A stretch of 63,221 nt of DNA. Origin: Leptolyngbya sp. Lineage in GTDB: Bacteria; Cyanobacteriota; Cyanobacteriia; Phormidesmidales; Phormidesmidaceae. This document shows, piece after piece, positions 51,298-60,436 of this stretch (positions within the stretch are counted from its first letter, which is position 1; each line of letters begins with the position of its first letter). The translations under genes were made by a program, and so were the position numbers. The notes under the pieces are model-generated. The model saw nothing but the letters and a program-made list of their open reading frames with translations, was not told the DNA's origin and did not search any database. The stretch spans positions 1 to 63,221 of the forward strand of contig JBEIUS010000001.1 in assembly GCA_040374235.1 (NCBI GenBank), in the 5' to 3' direction.

Positions 51298-53388
51298 CCG
51301 TTGCTTCAGCAGTTCGTACAACAGTCGGGAGAGTTCCCGGCGCTGCAGATGCTGCTGATCCCTGGGGATTCCCTGCCAGGCCCGGGTCCCCAACTCCGGC
51401 ATGGCCTGTTGCAGCAGGACGGCCATCTGGGCCCGGGTGATGGGGCGATCGGGGGCGAACTGGTTTCCCCCCACCCCTGCTACTAACCCGTGGGCGTAGA
51501 GGGTTTCGATCGCCCCATAGGCCCAGTGTTGCCCCCGCCCCACATCCCTAAAGCTGGGTTGGGAGGGGCTATGGGGGGGCAACTTCAGCACCTTCACCAG
51601 GGCCGCCGCCACCACCGCCCGGCTAACCTGGCCGTAGGGGCGGAAGTTAAGGTTTTCGGCATTTTCACTGCGGATGATATCCGCCGCCGCCAGTACCTGA
51701 ATCGCCTCAAAATCTGGGTCATCGTGGCTGATGTCATTGAACCAAAAAATGGGTATGCCCTGGCGGGTGGCCATGCCCTGGATGGTGCGGACATGGACCT
51801 CTGAGGTGGCTAGGGTGCGGGGCGACAACCCGGTCTGGACCGCCACCGCCGCCAGTACCCCACTGGCTTCGCCAATGCCCCACTCGATCGGGTGCATGCG
51901 ATAGGCCGCATTGGTGATGTGGGTGGTGCCAATGCTCTTGGCCGATAGCACCAGACCATCGGTGGACAAGGGCACCAACGCCCCCAGGGGCAGGGTAAAG
52001 GGCAGGGCTGCCACATCCCTACCCTTAGGGCTGACATGGCCCTTAGCCTCGTTGCCGTGCAGGTCCAGGTAGTGGTACTGGCCGATGCCAACGGAGTCCT
52101 TAAAGCAACGGGCCCGGGCTTGATTGGGGAAAAACCGCTCCGCCACGTCCTCATGGCGGATAGTGGTCAGGGCAATGCCGCGTCGAGCCTCCCGAATGTA
52201 GGGCTCCAGGGCAATGCCATCCGGAGTCCAGGTGAGGTCCCCCCGGGGCTTGAGGTCCGGCACTCCATGGGTTTGCAGATAATGGACGTAGGCCTGGGCT
52301 CGCTGGCGAGCCCGTTGGATGTGCAACTGACGTTCCTCCCGGCTGACCCCCACCAGCCGCCCTGCCCGGTAGTCATTACCGCAGCAGAGGGAGCGATCGG
52401 GTTCGCTGGAGGTGCCCCAGTTCAGTACCGCCACATCCCCCGGACAGACTGTTTTTTCCTGGGGTTTGACCCGCAGCAGGCGACGGTAGCGAAAAATCCC
52501 GAAGTCACTCAAAAAGTCCCACTTTTGCCACTTGTCTGGTTGAGCCTTGATCCAAAAATTACCGGTAAACTCCTGCAGGTTCAGCCAGGCCATCTGGCCA
52601 AAGCCATCGGGCTTACCGATCGGCACCCCCTTTCCCTTCTCCGTGTATTCCACCACCACATCAAAGGTAAAGGACTGTTGACAGGCGGGTCGGGCCTCCT
52701 CCGGTAAAATCGCCTCGCTGGTATCCTGGCGGGCCTCTTGCCCCACCCGGGAGGGGATGTTGGCGACCTCCAGCAGATCCCCCAAATCCGTGGCCTCAAT
52801 GGTGACCTGGGCCCTTACCGTAAACCGATGTCCTGTCTGGTGATCGCGACAGACCACCCCCACCAACCGGGGCCGATCACCGCTGTTATCCATCACCCCC
52901 TCCTCCGGTTCGGCGAAGGGAATCAGCCGCAGCTGACCACTGCGCAGGTAGGGGATTAAGGCCTCATTCATGGCGGTTGCCGCCACCACCGGGGTGGTGG
53001 ACAGGGGGCTAACCCAACCCCCGCCCGGGTTCTCCACCTGCCGGTTAGCCACCGGTTGTAACTGCCGCAGGCGCTGACGAAATTGCCGCTGGCGGCGGGA
53101 AATGGCAAACTCTTCCCCAGCCACGGTGTATAGACTGGCTTTAGCGGGTAGGAGATCGCCATCGTCCGAGGCGGGTAGGGCCTGGGCGGTAAACTGGCCC
53201 CCCACCACCGCCTGGGGTTGCACCAAACAGACCGCCAGCTTCAAATCTAGTGCGGTCAGGGTAGCACTGTAGGCCGCCGTTGAGCCCCCCACCACCAGGA
53301 TGGGGCTACTGAGCTCGGCCCTGTCAGGGGGGCGGGTGAAAACCGCCTCGGCAAAGATGCCGTTGTGGTGAGGGATGGGGGTAGCCAT
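51253..53388 (-). CDS. FAD-dependent oxidoreductase with C-terminal SLH domains
   Basis: LVVGGSTAA, IEATDLGDL, PYIREARR and AYRMHPIEW; SLH-like FRDV..HWAY...F.PDRPITRAQ; AGGAGG RBS. Confidence 0.82.
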   Translation of the reverse strand: MATPIPHHNGIFAEAVFTRPPDRAELSSPILVVGGSTAAYSATLTALDLKLAVCLVQPQAVVGGQFTAQALPASDDGDLLPAKASLYTVAGEEFAISRRQRQFRQRLRQLQPVANRQVENPGGGWVSPLSTTPVVAATAMNEALIPYLRSGQLRLIPFAEPEEGVMDNSGDRPRLVGVVCRDHQTGHRFTVRAQVTIEATDLGDLLEVANIPSRVGQEARQDTSEAILPEEARPACQQSFTFDVVVEYTEKGKGVPIGKPDGFGQMAWLNLQEFTGNFWIKAQPDKWQKWDFLSDFGIFRYRRLLRVKPQEKTVCPGDVAVLNWGTSSEPDRSLCCGNDYRAGRLVGVSREERQLHIQRARQRAQAYVHYLQTHGVPDLKPRGDLTWTPDGIALEPYIREARRGIALTTIRHEDVAERFFPNQARARCFKDSVGIGQYHYLDLHGNEAKGHVSPKGRDVAALPFTLPLGALVPLSTDGLVLSAKSIGTTHITNAAYRMHPIEWGIGEASGVLAAVAVQTGLSPRTLATSEVHVRTIQGMATRQGIPIFWFNDISHDDPDFEAIQVLAAADIIRSENAENLNFRPYGQVSRAVVAAALVKVLKLPPHSPSQPSFRDVGRGQHWAYGAIETLYAHGLVAGVGGNQFAPDRPITRAQMAVLLQQAMPELGTRAWQGIPRDQQHLQRRELSRLLYELLKQRLGLQPVDQGDRQGS

Positions 53389-53479
53389 AGCTGCACTCCT
53401 CCTGGAACTGGGTAGGGATATGCCCAAATTTTAGGTTAGGGCTAGAAAACCGGAGTCTCCGAGGACGGTATTATTAGCT

Positions 53480-53824
53480 ATGGATAGCCATAGCACTAGC
53501 ACTTTGCTAATTGGTATGATGGCGGTGATTTTGGTGGCGCGGCTGAGGTTTTCTAAGGTGGAGAACTCGGGGATGCAGGCTCAATGCCCCTGGCTTCCTC
53601 CGGCATTGATATATCAGATTGCAGAGTTGTCGGAGTCTTTGAATGGTCAATTGGTGGTGCAAGAGTGGATTGTGTTGACGGTGGACGAAAAGTCCGCTCT
53701 GCTGCAGAAGTTACAGGTCCTGCTAATCGAGTATGAATCACAATGGGCGAAACTCTATCCTCAGGCTGATCGGTTGCGCTCTGTCCTGGCGGCCACCTAC
53801 CAAAAGGCCATGGCCCAACCCTAA
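53480..53824 (+). CDS. Hypothetical protein
   Basis: 114-aa ORF with ATG, GAGG upstream and an N-terminal hydrophobic stretch; no recognised family. Confidence 0.45.
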   Translation: MDSHSTSTLLIGMMAVILVARLRFSKVENSGMQAQCPWLPPALIYQIAELSESLNGQLVVQEWIVLTVDEKSALLQKLQVLLIEYESQWAKLYPQADRLRSVLAATYQKAMAQP

Positions 53825-53999
53825 CCATTGAGCGCTTTACCCGCATCGAAAAGTAACGTTAGAGGAGGCAGTGCTGGTAACGTTTGCCATCGCCAACCCC
53901 CTGGTGCTGTTCTCTCTGGACCTGACAGCCACTATTTTGTTAAGACCTGCTATGGCCATACCACCATCCCACAAAAGCTAGGCTATGGTAGTAATAACC

Positions 54000-54105
54000 C
54001 TAGTCGAGCGGGGTAAGTGTCTCCTCGCTGGGAGAGGCTTGAGGCAGAGAGGCCGGGTTGCGAAATCAGCTGACCAACCCATCCATTTTCCCACCCCTCG
54101 ATTAG
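54000..54105 (+). ncRNA. Candidate structured 5' leader RNA (four-stem cloverleaf) of the infC paralogue
   Basis: Closing stem 54000-54014/54093-54105 encloses three abutting hairpins (54020-35, 54036-54, 54055-80); TATGGT -10-like hexamer at 53984. Confidence 0.4.
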
Positions 54106-54132
54106 ACTGTCGAATTCTTGGAGGAAGGACTT

Positions 54133-54618
54133 ATTTCTAAGACTCAACTGGTAAACCGGCAAATCCGTGCACCGCAGGTGCTCCTGATCGACCATGAAAA
54201 CCAAAACCGAGGCCTGATTGATACTCGTGATGCCCTCAAACTGGCGGAAGATGAGGGGCTGGATCTGGTGGTGGTTTCCGATGGCAAAGATGCCCCAGTG
54301 GCGAAAATTCTAGACTATGGCAAACTGCAGTACCAGCAAAGCAAGCGGCAAAAGCAGAGTGCAAAGCCTACTCTTAAGGAAGTCAAGCTGCGGCCTAACG
54401 TAGGGGAATCCGACTACCAGTTGAGGATCAAACGATCCATTGAGTGGCTCTCCAAGGGTGACTCCGTCAAGTTTTTAATTCGCCTGCGGGGCCGGGAGCA
54501 CCAACACCGTGACCGGGCCGGGGAACTTCTGGATCGGATTGTTCAGGATATTGGCGATGCCGGCAAGGTGCAGGCCCTGGATAAACGCGCCCTGGTACTA
54601 ATGATGACCCCGGCCTAA
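54133..54618 (+). CDS. infC: Translation initiation factor IF-3, short paralogue, probable ATT start
   Basis: NRQIRAPQV, GLDLVVV, AKILDYGK, LKEVKLRP and LRGRE; in-frame ATT at 54133 after GGAGGAAGG. Confidence 0.88.
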   Translation: MSKTQLVNRQIRAPQVLLIDHENQNRGLIDTRDALKLAEDEGLDLVVVSDGKDAPVAKILDYGKLQYQQSKRQKQSAKPTLKEVKLRPNVGESDYQLRIKRSIEWLSKGDSVKFLIRLRGREHQHRDRAGELLDRIVQDIGDAGKVQALDKRALVLMMTPA

Positions 54619-54690
54619 TTGGGTCTTGATTGGCGCAGATTTAGCGATTGGACCTCCGCCACCGGTAGTCAGAATTCAGAACTAGCACCC

Positions 54691-54732
54691 AGACTGATGC
54701 CCCTTTGCCTTAAGGCAAAGGGGCATCAGTCT
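54691..54732. terminator. Perfect 42-bp palindrome, likely bidirectional terminator between infC and frp
   Basis: agactgatgcccctttgcctt|aaggcaaaggggcatcagtct. Confidence 0.75.
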
Positions 54733-54735
54733 AAC

Positions 54736-55056
54736 CTACATACGAGTTAGGGCAGCTATTTTTGCCAATTTACTCTCCTCTAAGCCGGCTAGCTCATCCA
54801 AATCAAGCCAGCCCTCCTTTACCAGGCGAGAGAAAACAAAAACTAGCATTGAATAGCGATAGTCGTATTTGCCGTCCACATCGTGTCTTCTAGTACTTAA
54901 GAAATCATGGAGGCGCCACAGATCCTCCAACTCAGAAAGGGAGGTTGCCTGGGCCCTAACCTCTTGAATCAGTACTGCAATTTCGCGTCCATAGGCCTTT
55001 TCAAAGGCAGTCTGGGCGATTTCTTTCTCAGCGTCAGACCAGGATACATCACTCAT
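54736..55056 (-). CDS. frp: Fluorescence recovery protein
   Basis: WSDAEK, AYGRE, LWRLHDFLS.RRH..DGKYDYR and LVKEGWL; lies downstream of ocp. Confidence 0.92.
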   Translation of the reverse strand: MSDVSWSDAEKEIAQTAFEKAYGREIAVLIQEVRAQATSLSELEDLWRLHDFLSTRRHDVDGKYDYRYSMLVFVFSRLVKEGWLDLDELAGLEESKLAKIAALTRM

Positions 55057-55106
55057 TTGTCCTTCCCACCCTTAACCAGAAATTGGATTATTGAACAGCA
55101 TCTGTG

Positions 55107-55207
55107 TAGCGGTTCTTGCTCTGATGAAATACAATGGAATTTCCTAAAGCTATTAGCTGAAAGCTTCTTTTCAGTTCAGGTGTATCTCATCGGTTCAGGA
55201 ACTTCTA
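55107..55207. repeat. Small dispersed inverted-repeat element (family D) between ocp and frp
   Basis: 27-nt arms TAGCGGTTCTTGCTCTGATGAAATACA and TGTATCTCATCGGTTCAGGAACTTCTA (20/27 complementary); related half-sites at 61829-61856 and 62229-62254. Confidence 0.6.
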
Positions 55208-55294
55208 TAACCAAAGATAAAAAAACGCTCTCCCCTGAGAGCGTTCCTAGAAGTTGGTTCGTCTTATTTCAAAGACAGCCCCGGTCAGCTCTCC

Positions 55295-56254
55295 CTAGCG
55301 TACTAAATTAATTAACTCCTTCGGGGAAGCCAGTAAATCAATGGCAACAAAGAAAATTTTATTCTCTGGAGTCAATAAAAATCTCCAGGCCATATTCATC
55401 CCCACACCAGCACCGAACCAGGGGGTTTGGACCTTGCCAGTGACCTTAATCTGGGTATAGCCGTCCTGGGCTGGCACCACCACACCTCGCTCGGGCAGTA
55501 GTTTCAGGTTCTGACAATCTTCCTTGAAAAAGCGAAGTACAGACTCTTTACCGATAATTGGCTTTTGGAAGGGTGGCTGTAGAGCCCCATCGGAGGTGAA
55601 CAATTCAATTAGGGTTTCAAAATCATTCGCATTCATATTATCCATGTAGCTCAGCACCGTCGGGTTATCTACCCCTTCAATGGTGACCCGACTGCGTTGG
55701 GCGACGGCCTGGGGTACAACCACTGGTTCACTGACTCGACGGACATTATCTAACTTGGCTGAATCGAACCCCATGTCAACTACGGCGTTGCGTAGGACCG
55801 TAATCTGTTGGCCAGAATCCAGACTGCGAATCGCCTGCAGCACTGCCGAGGCATTGGCAGAAAGCTGATAGCCATCTGGAATAGGGGCGACAAAGCCCTG
55901 TTCCATCCACTGCCCTAGACGGTACCAAAATCCTAACTTGATGTTAGCCGACCAGGTGGCGTAGGTTCTACTAATCGGGGTATCGGCCCGATTGGCCAGG
56001 TCACACATGACCTGGGATTGATCACGAAATGACATCTGCCGAATTTGATCTAGCGTGCCCTCCGCGAATTGCATGTTGGCGGCGCCAGGTGCCGCGATGG
56101 TGATGGTTTTACCCATCTCAAGATAGGCAAACCAGATCAGGGCTAGTTGATCTTCCGCACTCAGTTGGGTAAATCGAGCAATGGTGGCTGGTACTGCGTC
56201 AGCAGATAGGGTGCTGGGGAAAATATTGCGGGCTGAATCAATCGTGAATGGCAT
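55295..56254 (-). CDS. ocp: Orange carotenoid protein (OCP1-like)
   Basis: MPFTIDSARNIF, LALIWFAY, KLGFWY, LRNAVVDMG and VQTPWFG. Confidence 0.96.
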   Translation of the reverse strand: MPFTIDSARNIFPSTLSADAVPATIARFTQLSAEDQLALIWFAYLEMGKTITIAAPGAANMQFAEGTLDQIRQMSFRDQSQVMCDLANRADTPISRTYATWSANIKLGFWYRLGQWMEQGFVAPIPDGYQLSANASAVLQAIRSLDSGQQITVLRNAVVDMGFDSAKLDNVRRVSEPVVVPQAVAQRSRVTIEGVDNPTVLSYMDNMNANDFETLIELFTSDGALQPPFQKPIIGKESVLRFFKEDCQNLKLLPERGVVVPAQDGYTQIKVTGKVQTPWFGAGVGMNMAWRFLLTPENKIFFVAIDLLASPKELINLVR

Positions 56255-56490
56255 GGAGGATTTCCTCAAGGGACTTAAGACACTTGTAATAGTCAAGTCG
56301 TCAGACACAAGGGGGAGCAGACCTCCCCGCTACTATTATTTATTATAGAACTATCACTTTCTCTCCTCCCATGGCTGAATCCATTACCCTGAATGTAATA
56401 TCTAGGCCTTCTTTAAAGCCTTCCAAGCTCAGGCCGATCGCCGCTTTGCCGATGCTGCCCGTCCTGCCGCTGAAGCCGATAGACTGGCTT

Positions 56491-56586
56491 GGGTATCCAC
56501 TTAAGCCGGGACGGGCAGCATCGGTCAGGAATTCAGGAGCCAGTTGTCAGGAGTTTGGCGGCGTTCTGACCTTTCACTAGTTCTAT
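56491..56586 (+). repeat. Dispersed repeat family B copy, truncated by a family A element
   Basis: Aligns with 59581-59682 over about 95 nt; similarity ends exactly where GTAACC... begins. Confidence 0.8.
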
Positions 56587-56667
56587 GTAACCGTTTATAT
56601 CTCCCCCTCATTCGAAGGAGGAATCAAGGGTTGTAGCGGTTTAGCTGGGGGCGAAGTGAATCATTAC
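56587..56667 (-). mobile_element. MITE family A (about 81 bp, GTAAY-ended TIRs)
   Basis: Reverse complement aligns with 62142-62221; ends GTAACCGTTTA...GTGAATCATTAC. Confidence 0.8.
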
Positions 56668-56850
56668 AACCCGCCAGTTCTTTTCACAATCTTTGTCCTG
56701 TTTACCCCATGGCACACAACGATCCAACTCGGTCAGCTAGCGCTATAGTGGAGCAGATCATCGGGTCTTCCCAATCTGCCCCGCTTGGCTAATCGTTCCC
56801 CTGGTTTTTGTCTAGCCCCTTCCTAGGCCTTTTGATGTGGAGGCCATGCC

Positions 56851-59424
56851 ATGAAATTTCCCACGGGTACCGCCGGATCGGCTAACCCGGTCCCGCTAGG
56901 GGAGGGTCATCTCCTGGGTCTGTTAGCGATTGGGCTCTATGCCCTCTGGACCCTGCTACCGGGCAGCAGCACCCTGATGGTGTCCTGGCCCTGGGTGGTG
57001 GTGTGGCAGGGGGCGTTGATGGTGCCCTGGGTATGGCTACTCTGGCAGCTCTGGCACAAACCCTGGGGGGGCCTGGCCCTGGGCCAGGGGTTGGATGGGG
57101 TAGTAGTCCTAGCCCTGATTAGCCTGGGGTTGTCGATCGCCGGGGCGGAATTTCCCCAACCCGCCCGTTGGTATGGCTGGGCTGCTCTCACCGGTGGGGC
57201 TAGCCTCTACGCCCTGCGGGGCTGGTTGCAGGATAGCCAGCGAGCCCTTGGGCTGTTAAAGGTTCAGGGTTACCTTAGCCTGGCCTTCATCGGGCTGAGT
57301 CTGGCCCTTTGGGGGGTGCAAATCTATCAACCGGAGCTGGCCCGCTTGCAACAGTTGCGGGCCTATGGGGTGGAGGCGACCTTTAGTTTTCAGTTCACCA
57401 GCCTGCGGAATTGGCAGCCCCTGGGGCACCAAAACTACGTGGCCGGCTACCTGGTGCTGGTGTTGCCCCTGCTGTTGGGCCTGGCCATTGGCGATCGCGG
57501 CTGGCGGCGCTGGCTCTGGAGTCTAGGTACCCTGCTGGGATTAGTTGACCTCTACACCACTAGTTCTCGGGCGGGGTGGTTAGCCCTGGTGGTGGTGGGC
57601 CTGGTGGGATTGCTGGTGGCCCTGGTTTATAGCCCCTTACCCCGACCCTGGCTGCTGGGGGTGGGGGCGATCGCCACTGGCGCCAGCCTGCTGGTGATCC
57701 TCAGTAACAGCCGACTGCGCCTGGTGCTGGGCAACCTGGCCCGGGGTAACCTGGCCGGTGGCGAACTGTCCTATCGGCTGGTGACCAATGCGGTGGGCTG
57801 GCACATGGGCCGTAGCCACCCCTTTACCGGGTTGGGGCCCGGCAGTGTGCCCCTGGTTTACCAGCGCTATCGGCCCCTCTGGGCCGGCCGGGAGGCGGAA
57901 CTGCAATTTCAGCTCCACAGCACCCCCGCCCAACTGTGGGGGGAATTGGGGCTGGGGGGCATAGGGGTATCCCTAGCTCTGACCCTGGTGTTAGCCACCA
58001 TGGTACTGCGATGGGTGCGGGTGGATGGCCGACGCACCGCCTCAGGCCTACCGGCGGTGCTAGCCTGGTCCCTGGTGTTGGGGCTGTTGGGCTTTAGCCT
58101 GGTGAGCCTGACCGATTACCAGCTGGATATCCCCGCCCTCGTCGGGGTACTGTGTCTCTACATCGCCACCCTGGCCAGTAGTGTGATGCCGCCTCCCTCC
58201 TGCCCTGACCATCCTCGATGGCGGCGGGGCGGGGTGCTGGCGGCCCTGGGGCTAACCCTGGCGGCCCTGCTCTGGTTGGTGCCCATCCACCGGGCCTGGG
58301 CCCTCTCCAGTCAGGGCTTTGCTGCCCTTGGCCAGGGCCAGGTACCGAGCTTTGTCCAGAATCTGGAGCGGGCCCACCAATTGGCCCCCTGGGAACCCTA
58401 CTACCCTTACCAATTGGGTTGGAACTTAGGTGAGTTAAGTTACCAGGCCCACCAGCGTCCTGACCTGAGGGACTCCCTGCTGGCGCAGGCTACCCATTGG
58501 CTAGGGTGGGGCACCCAGGTGGGGCCCTACCAGGAATTTGGCCACAGTAACCTGGGTTGGCTGCAGTTGGAGTCGGGCCAACCCCAAGCGTCGCTGGCGT
58601 CATTTCAACGGTCGATCAGCCTAGTGCCGGCTAAGCCGGGGGTGTTCTTTGGGCTGGGCTTCAGTGCCCTGAGATCGGGGGACCGGCCCCGGGCGATCGC
58701 CGCCCTGGGCTTAGAAATTCTGCGCCACCCCAGCCTGCTCACCAGCCCGGTCTGGCAAGGCGGCCCCCTGGCTCCCCTCTACCCCGATCTGGTGGACCAG
58801 CTGGACCAGCTCTACGGCGAACTGTTGGCCACCGCCCCCTCCGGATCTACCCTGGAATCCTTCCTACACCAGGGTCGGGGGGCGCTGCGCTGGTGGCGAG
58901 GGGATGGGGATGGGGCCCGTCTGGACTGGGCCATCGCTGGTGGCCCCATCCAGACCGCTTTGCTGGACCTGAACCTGGGCAAGCTGGTCAATCCCACCAC
59001 CTTACCGGAGGGCCCCGCTAAGTACGCCATCCTGGCTTGGCAACAGCCAGAGCAACGATCCCAATGGCTGAGGTGGGCCTGGCTCAGCCAACCGGAGGAT
59101 CTTCCCCAACTGGCGGAAAGCCTGCCGCCGCCGCCCATGATCCAACGCCTGGTGGAGAGCATGGCCGGGGCCACCCGCTTTGAGGACTGGCTACACCGCA
59201 CCGCCCCCAGCTGGGAGCCCCGCAGTGGCCGCCTGGGCTTTGGGGTGCTCACTCGCCACATTGACGGTCCCAACCCTTCTGACTTTTATCCCCGGGTGGA
59301 AAATGTGGCGATCGTCAAGTTCTTTGAGACAGTCTTCCCCTCACCGGTGTTTTTTCCCGCCCTGGACCGGGCCTTAGCCCCCTACCAGCAGGCGGTTAGC
59401 CAGATCATGCCGCATCAATCCTGA
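56851..59424 (+). CDS. O-antigen ligase-family protein with C-terminal TPR-like region
   Basis: PLGHQNYVAG, TSSRAG, HPFTGLGPG and HSTPAQLWGELG; multi-TM. Confidence 0.85.
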   Translation: MKFPTGTAGSANPVPLGEGHLLGLLAIGLYALWTLLPGSSTLMVSWPWVVVWQGALMVPWVWLLWQLWHKPWGGLALGQGLDGVVVLALISLGLSIAGAEFPQPARWYGWAALTGGASLYALRGWLQDSQRALGLLKVQGYLSLAFIGLSLALWGVQIYQPELARLQQLRAYGVEATFSFQFTSLRNWQPLGHQNYVAGYLVLVLPLLLGLAIGDRGWRRWLWSLGTLLGLVDLYTTSSRAGWLALVVVGLVGLLVALVYSPLPRPWLLGVGAIATGASLLVILSNSRLRLVLGNLARGNLAGGELSYRLVTNAVGWHMGRSHPFTGLGPGSVPLVYQRYRPLWAGREAELQFQLHSTPAQLWGELGLGGIGVSLALTLVLATMVLRWVRVDGRRTASGLPAVLAWSLVLGLLGFSLVSLTDYQLDIPALVGVLCLYIATLASSVMPPPSCPDHPRWRRGGVLAALGLTLAALLWLVPIHRAWALSSQGFAALGQGQVPSFVQNLERAHQLAPWEPYYPYQLGWNLGELSYQAHQRPDLRDSLLAQATHWLGWGTQVGPYQEFGHSNLGWLQLESGQPQASLASFQRSISLVPAKPGVFFGLGFSALRSGDRPRAIAALGLEILRHPSLLTSPVWQGGPLAPLYPDLVDQLDQLYGELLATAPSGSTLESFLHQGRGALRWWRGDGDGARLDWAIAGGPIQTALLDLNLGKLVNPTTLPEGPAKYAILAWQQPEQRSQWLRWAWLSQPEDLPQLAESLPPPPMIQRLVESMAGATRFEDWLHRTAPSWEPRSGRLGFGVLTRHIDGPNPSDFYPRVENVAIVKFFETVFPSPVFFPALDRALAPYQQAVSQIMPHQS

Positions 59425-59580
59425 GGACACCACCCGGTTGCCTATTAATTAATGCGGAGAACTAATGCTTGGCAGCTCCACCAGGCCCAATTCGTCAATT
59501 ATGCCGGCCCTAAGCCAAGATGGTCTAAATTCTCGATTTGCAAGGGAGGGATCTACCGCTAGAAGGACTACCCTTTGGCC

Positions 59581-59682
59581 GAGTATTCACTTAAGCCGGG
59601 ACGTGCTGATCGGTCAGGAATTCAGAAGCCAGCTGTCAGGAGTCAGGAGTTTGGCGGCATTCTTGCTTTTCACTACTTCTAT
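59581..59682 (+). repeat. Dispersed repeat family B copy
   Basis: Direct repeat of 56491-56586 with one extra tcaggag heptamer. Confidence 0.8.
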
Positions 59683-59826
59683 AGCCATAAAATGTTTCGC
59701 CTTGCGCTGTTACTCCCAATATCTTTTATTCCCTGCCAAGCTGTGGAATGTAGGCTATACTGCTCCTGAGTTCTGCCTCTCCCTGTCAGAATCGTCCCAC
59801 CTAGGACGCGCAATACTAGTCCGGCT

Positions 59827-60081
59827 TCATTCATTCTGCCACTTCAGCACCGCTGCCCCTATCCCCTGTTCCCGCTTGCGTTTGGCATCCTGCTCTAGCC
59901 AGCCAATGATGTGCTCTGGGGTGAGGTCCTCCACCGTGATCCCCAAGTCCGCCGCCATATAAGTTAACAGCTTGGCGGTGGAAATGGTAAGTCGGGCTAG
60001 AAACTTTTCTGGGGAGGATAGTAGGGCGGCATCCACCGCCACTGACTCGGCCTCGGTTAAAAACTGTAGGGATTGATCCAT
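59827..60081 (-). CDS. Conserved cyanobacterial hypothetical protein
   Basis: QFLTEAES..VD.ALLSS.EKFL.RLTIS...WLEQDAK.KRE.G...A.LKW. Confidence 0.72.
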   Translation of the reverse strand: MDQSLQFLTEAESVAVDAALLSSPEKFLARLTISTAKLLTYMAADLGITVEDLTPEHIIGWLEQDAKRKREQGIGAAVLKWQNE

Positions 60082-60173
60082 TCTTCTATTTACCAGACCT
60101 CTCACCACTCGCCAAAATCTTTGTATAACTGCCCTCGTCGTCTCAATTTGGACCGGTCGGTATTTCCATGACA

Positions 60174-60280
60174 TATAGCTTTGGCCAGAACGCCTAAGAC
60201 ACGGTCAATCGGTTAAAGTTAGCTAATACTGGATAGGTGTTCTGGCTCGCCTCGGCCCCTTGCAGATGGCTACGACTATA
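60174..60280. repeat. Dispersed MITE-like repeat family C, copy 2
   Basis: tatagctttggccagaac...gatggctacgactata; TATAG/CTATA termini; homologous to 38012-38113. Confidence 0.7.
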
Positions 60281-60341
60281 ACCTGGCCTAGGGACCCTAC
60301 GTTTCTTTTTAATCTTACCATTCCCGACAAACTAGTCGATG

Positions 60342-60423
60342 GTAATAATTCACACACACCTCTGGCAAAGTGACCGAAGCCCCTGATGTCTCGTTGACAA
60401 GTGCGGGAAGTGTGAACGGTTAC
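60342..60423 (+). mobile_element. MITE family A with 8-bp target-site duplication
   Basis: GTAATAATTCAC...GTGAACGGTTAC flanked on both sides by agtcgatg (60334-41, 60424-31). Confidence 0.85.
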
Positions 60424-60436
60424 AGTCGATGAGCTA

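Noticed and set aside
54000-54105. tRNA gene
   Set aside because: Cloverleaf-like, but no TTCGA T-loop, no 7-nt anticodon loop and wrong stem lengths; kept only as a leader candidate
59465-59962. ORFs 59465-59962, 59575-59769 and 56371-56580
   Set aside because: They run through repeat family B; the shared LKPGRA peptide reflects the DNA repeat rather than a protein
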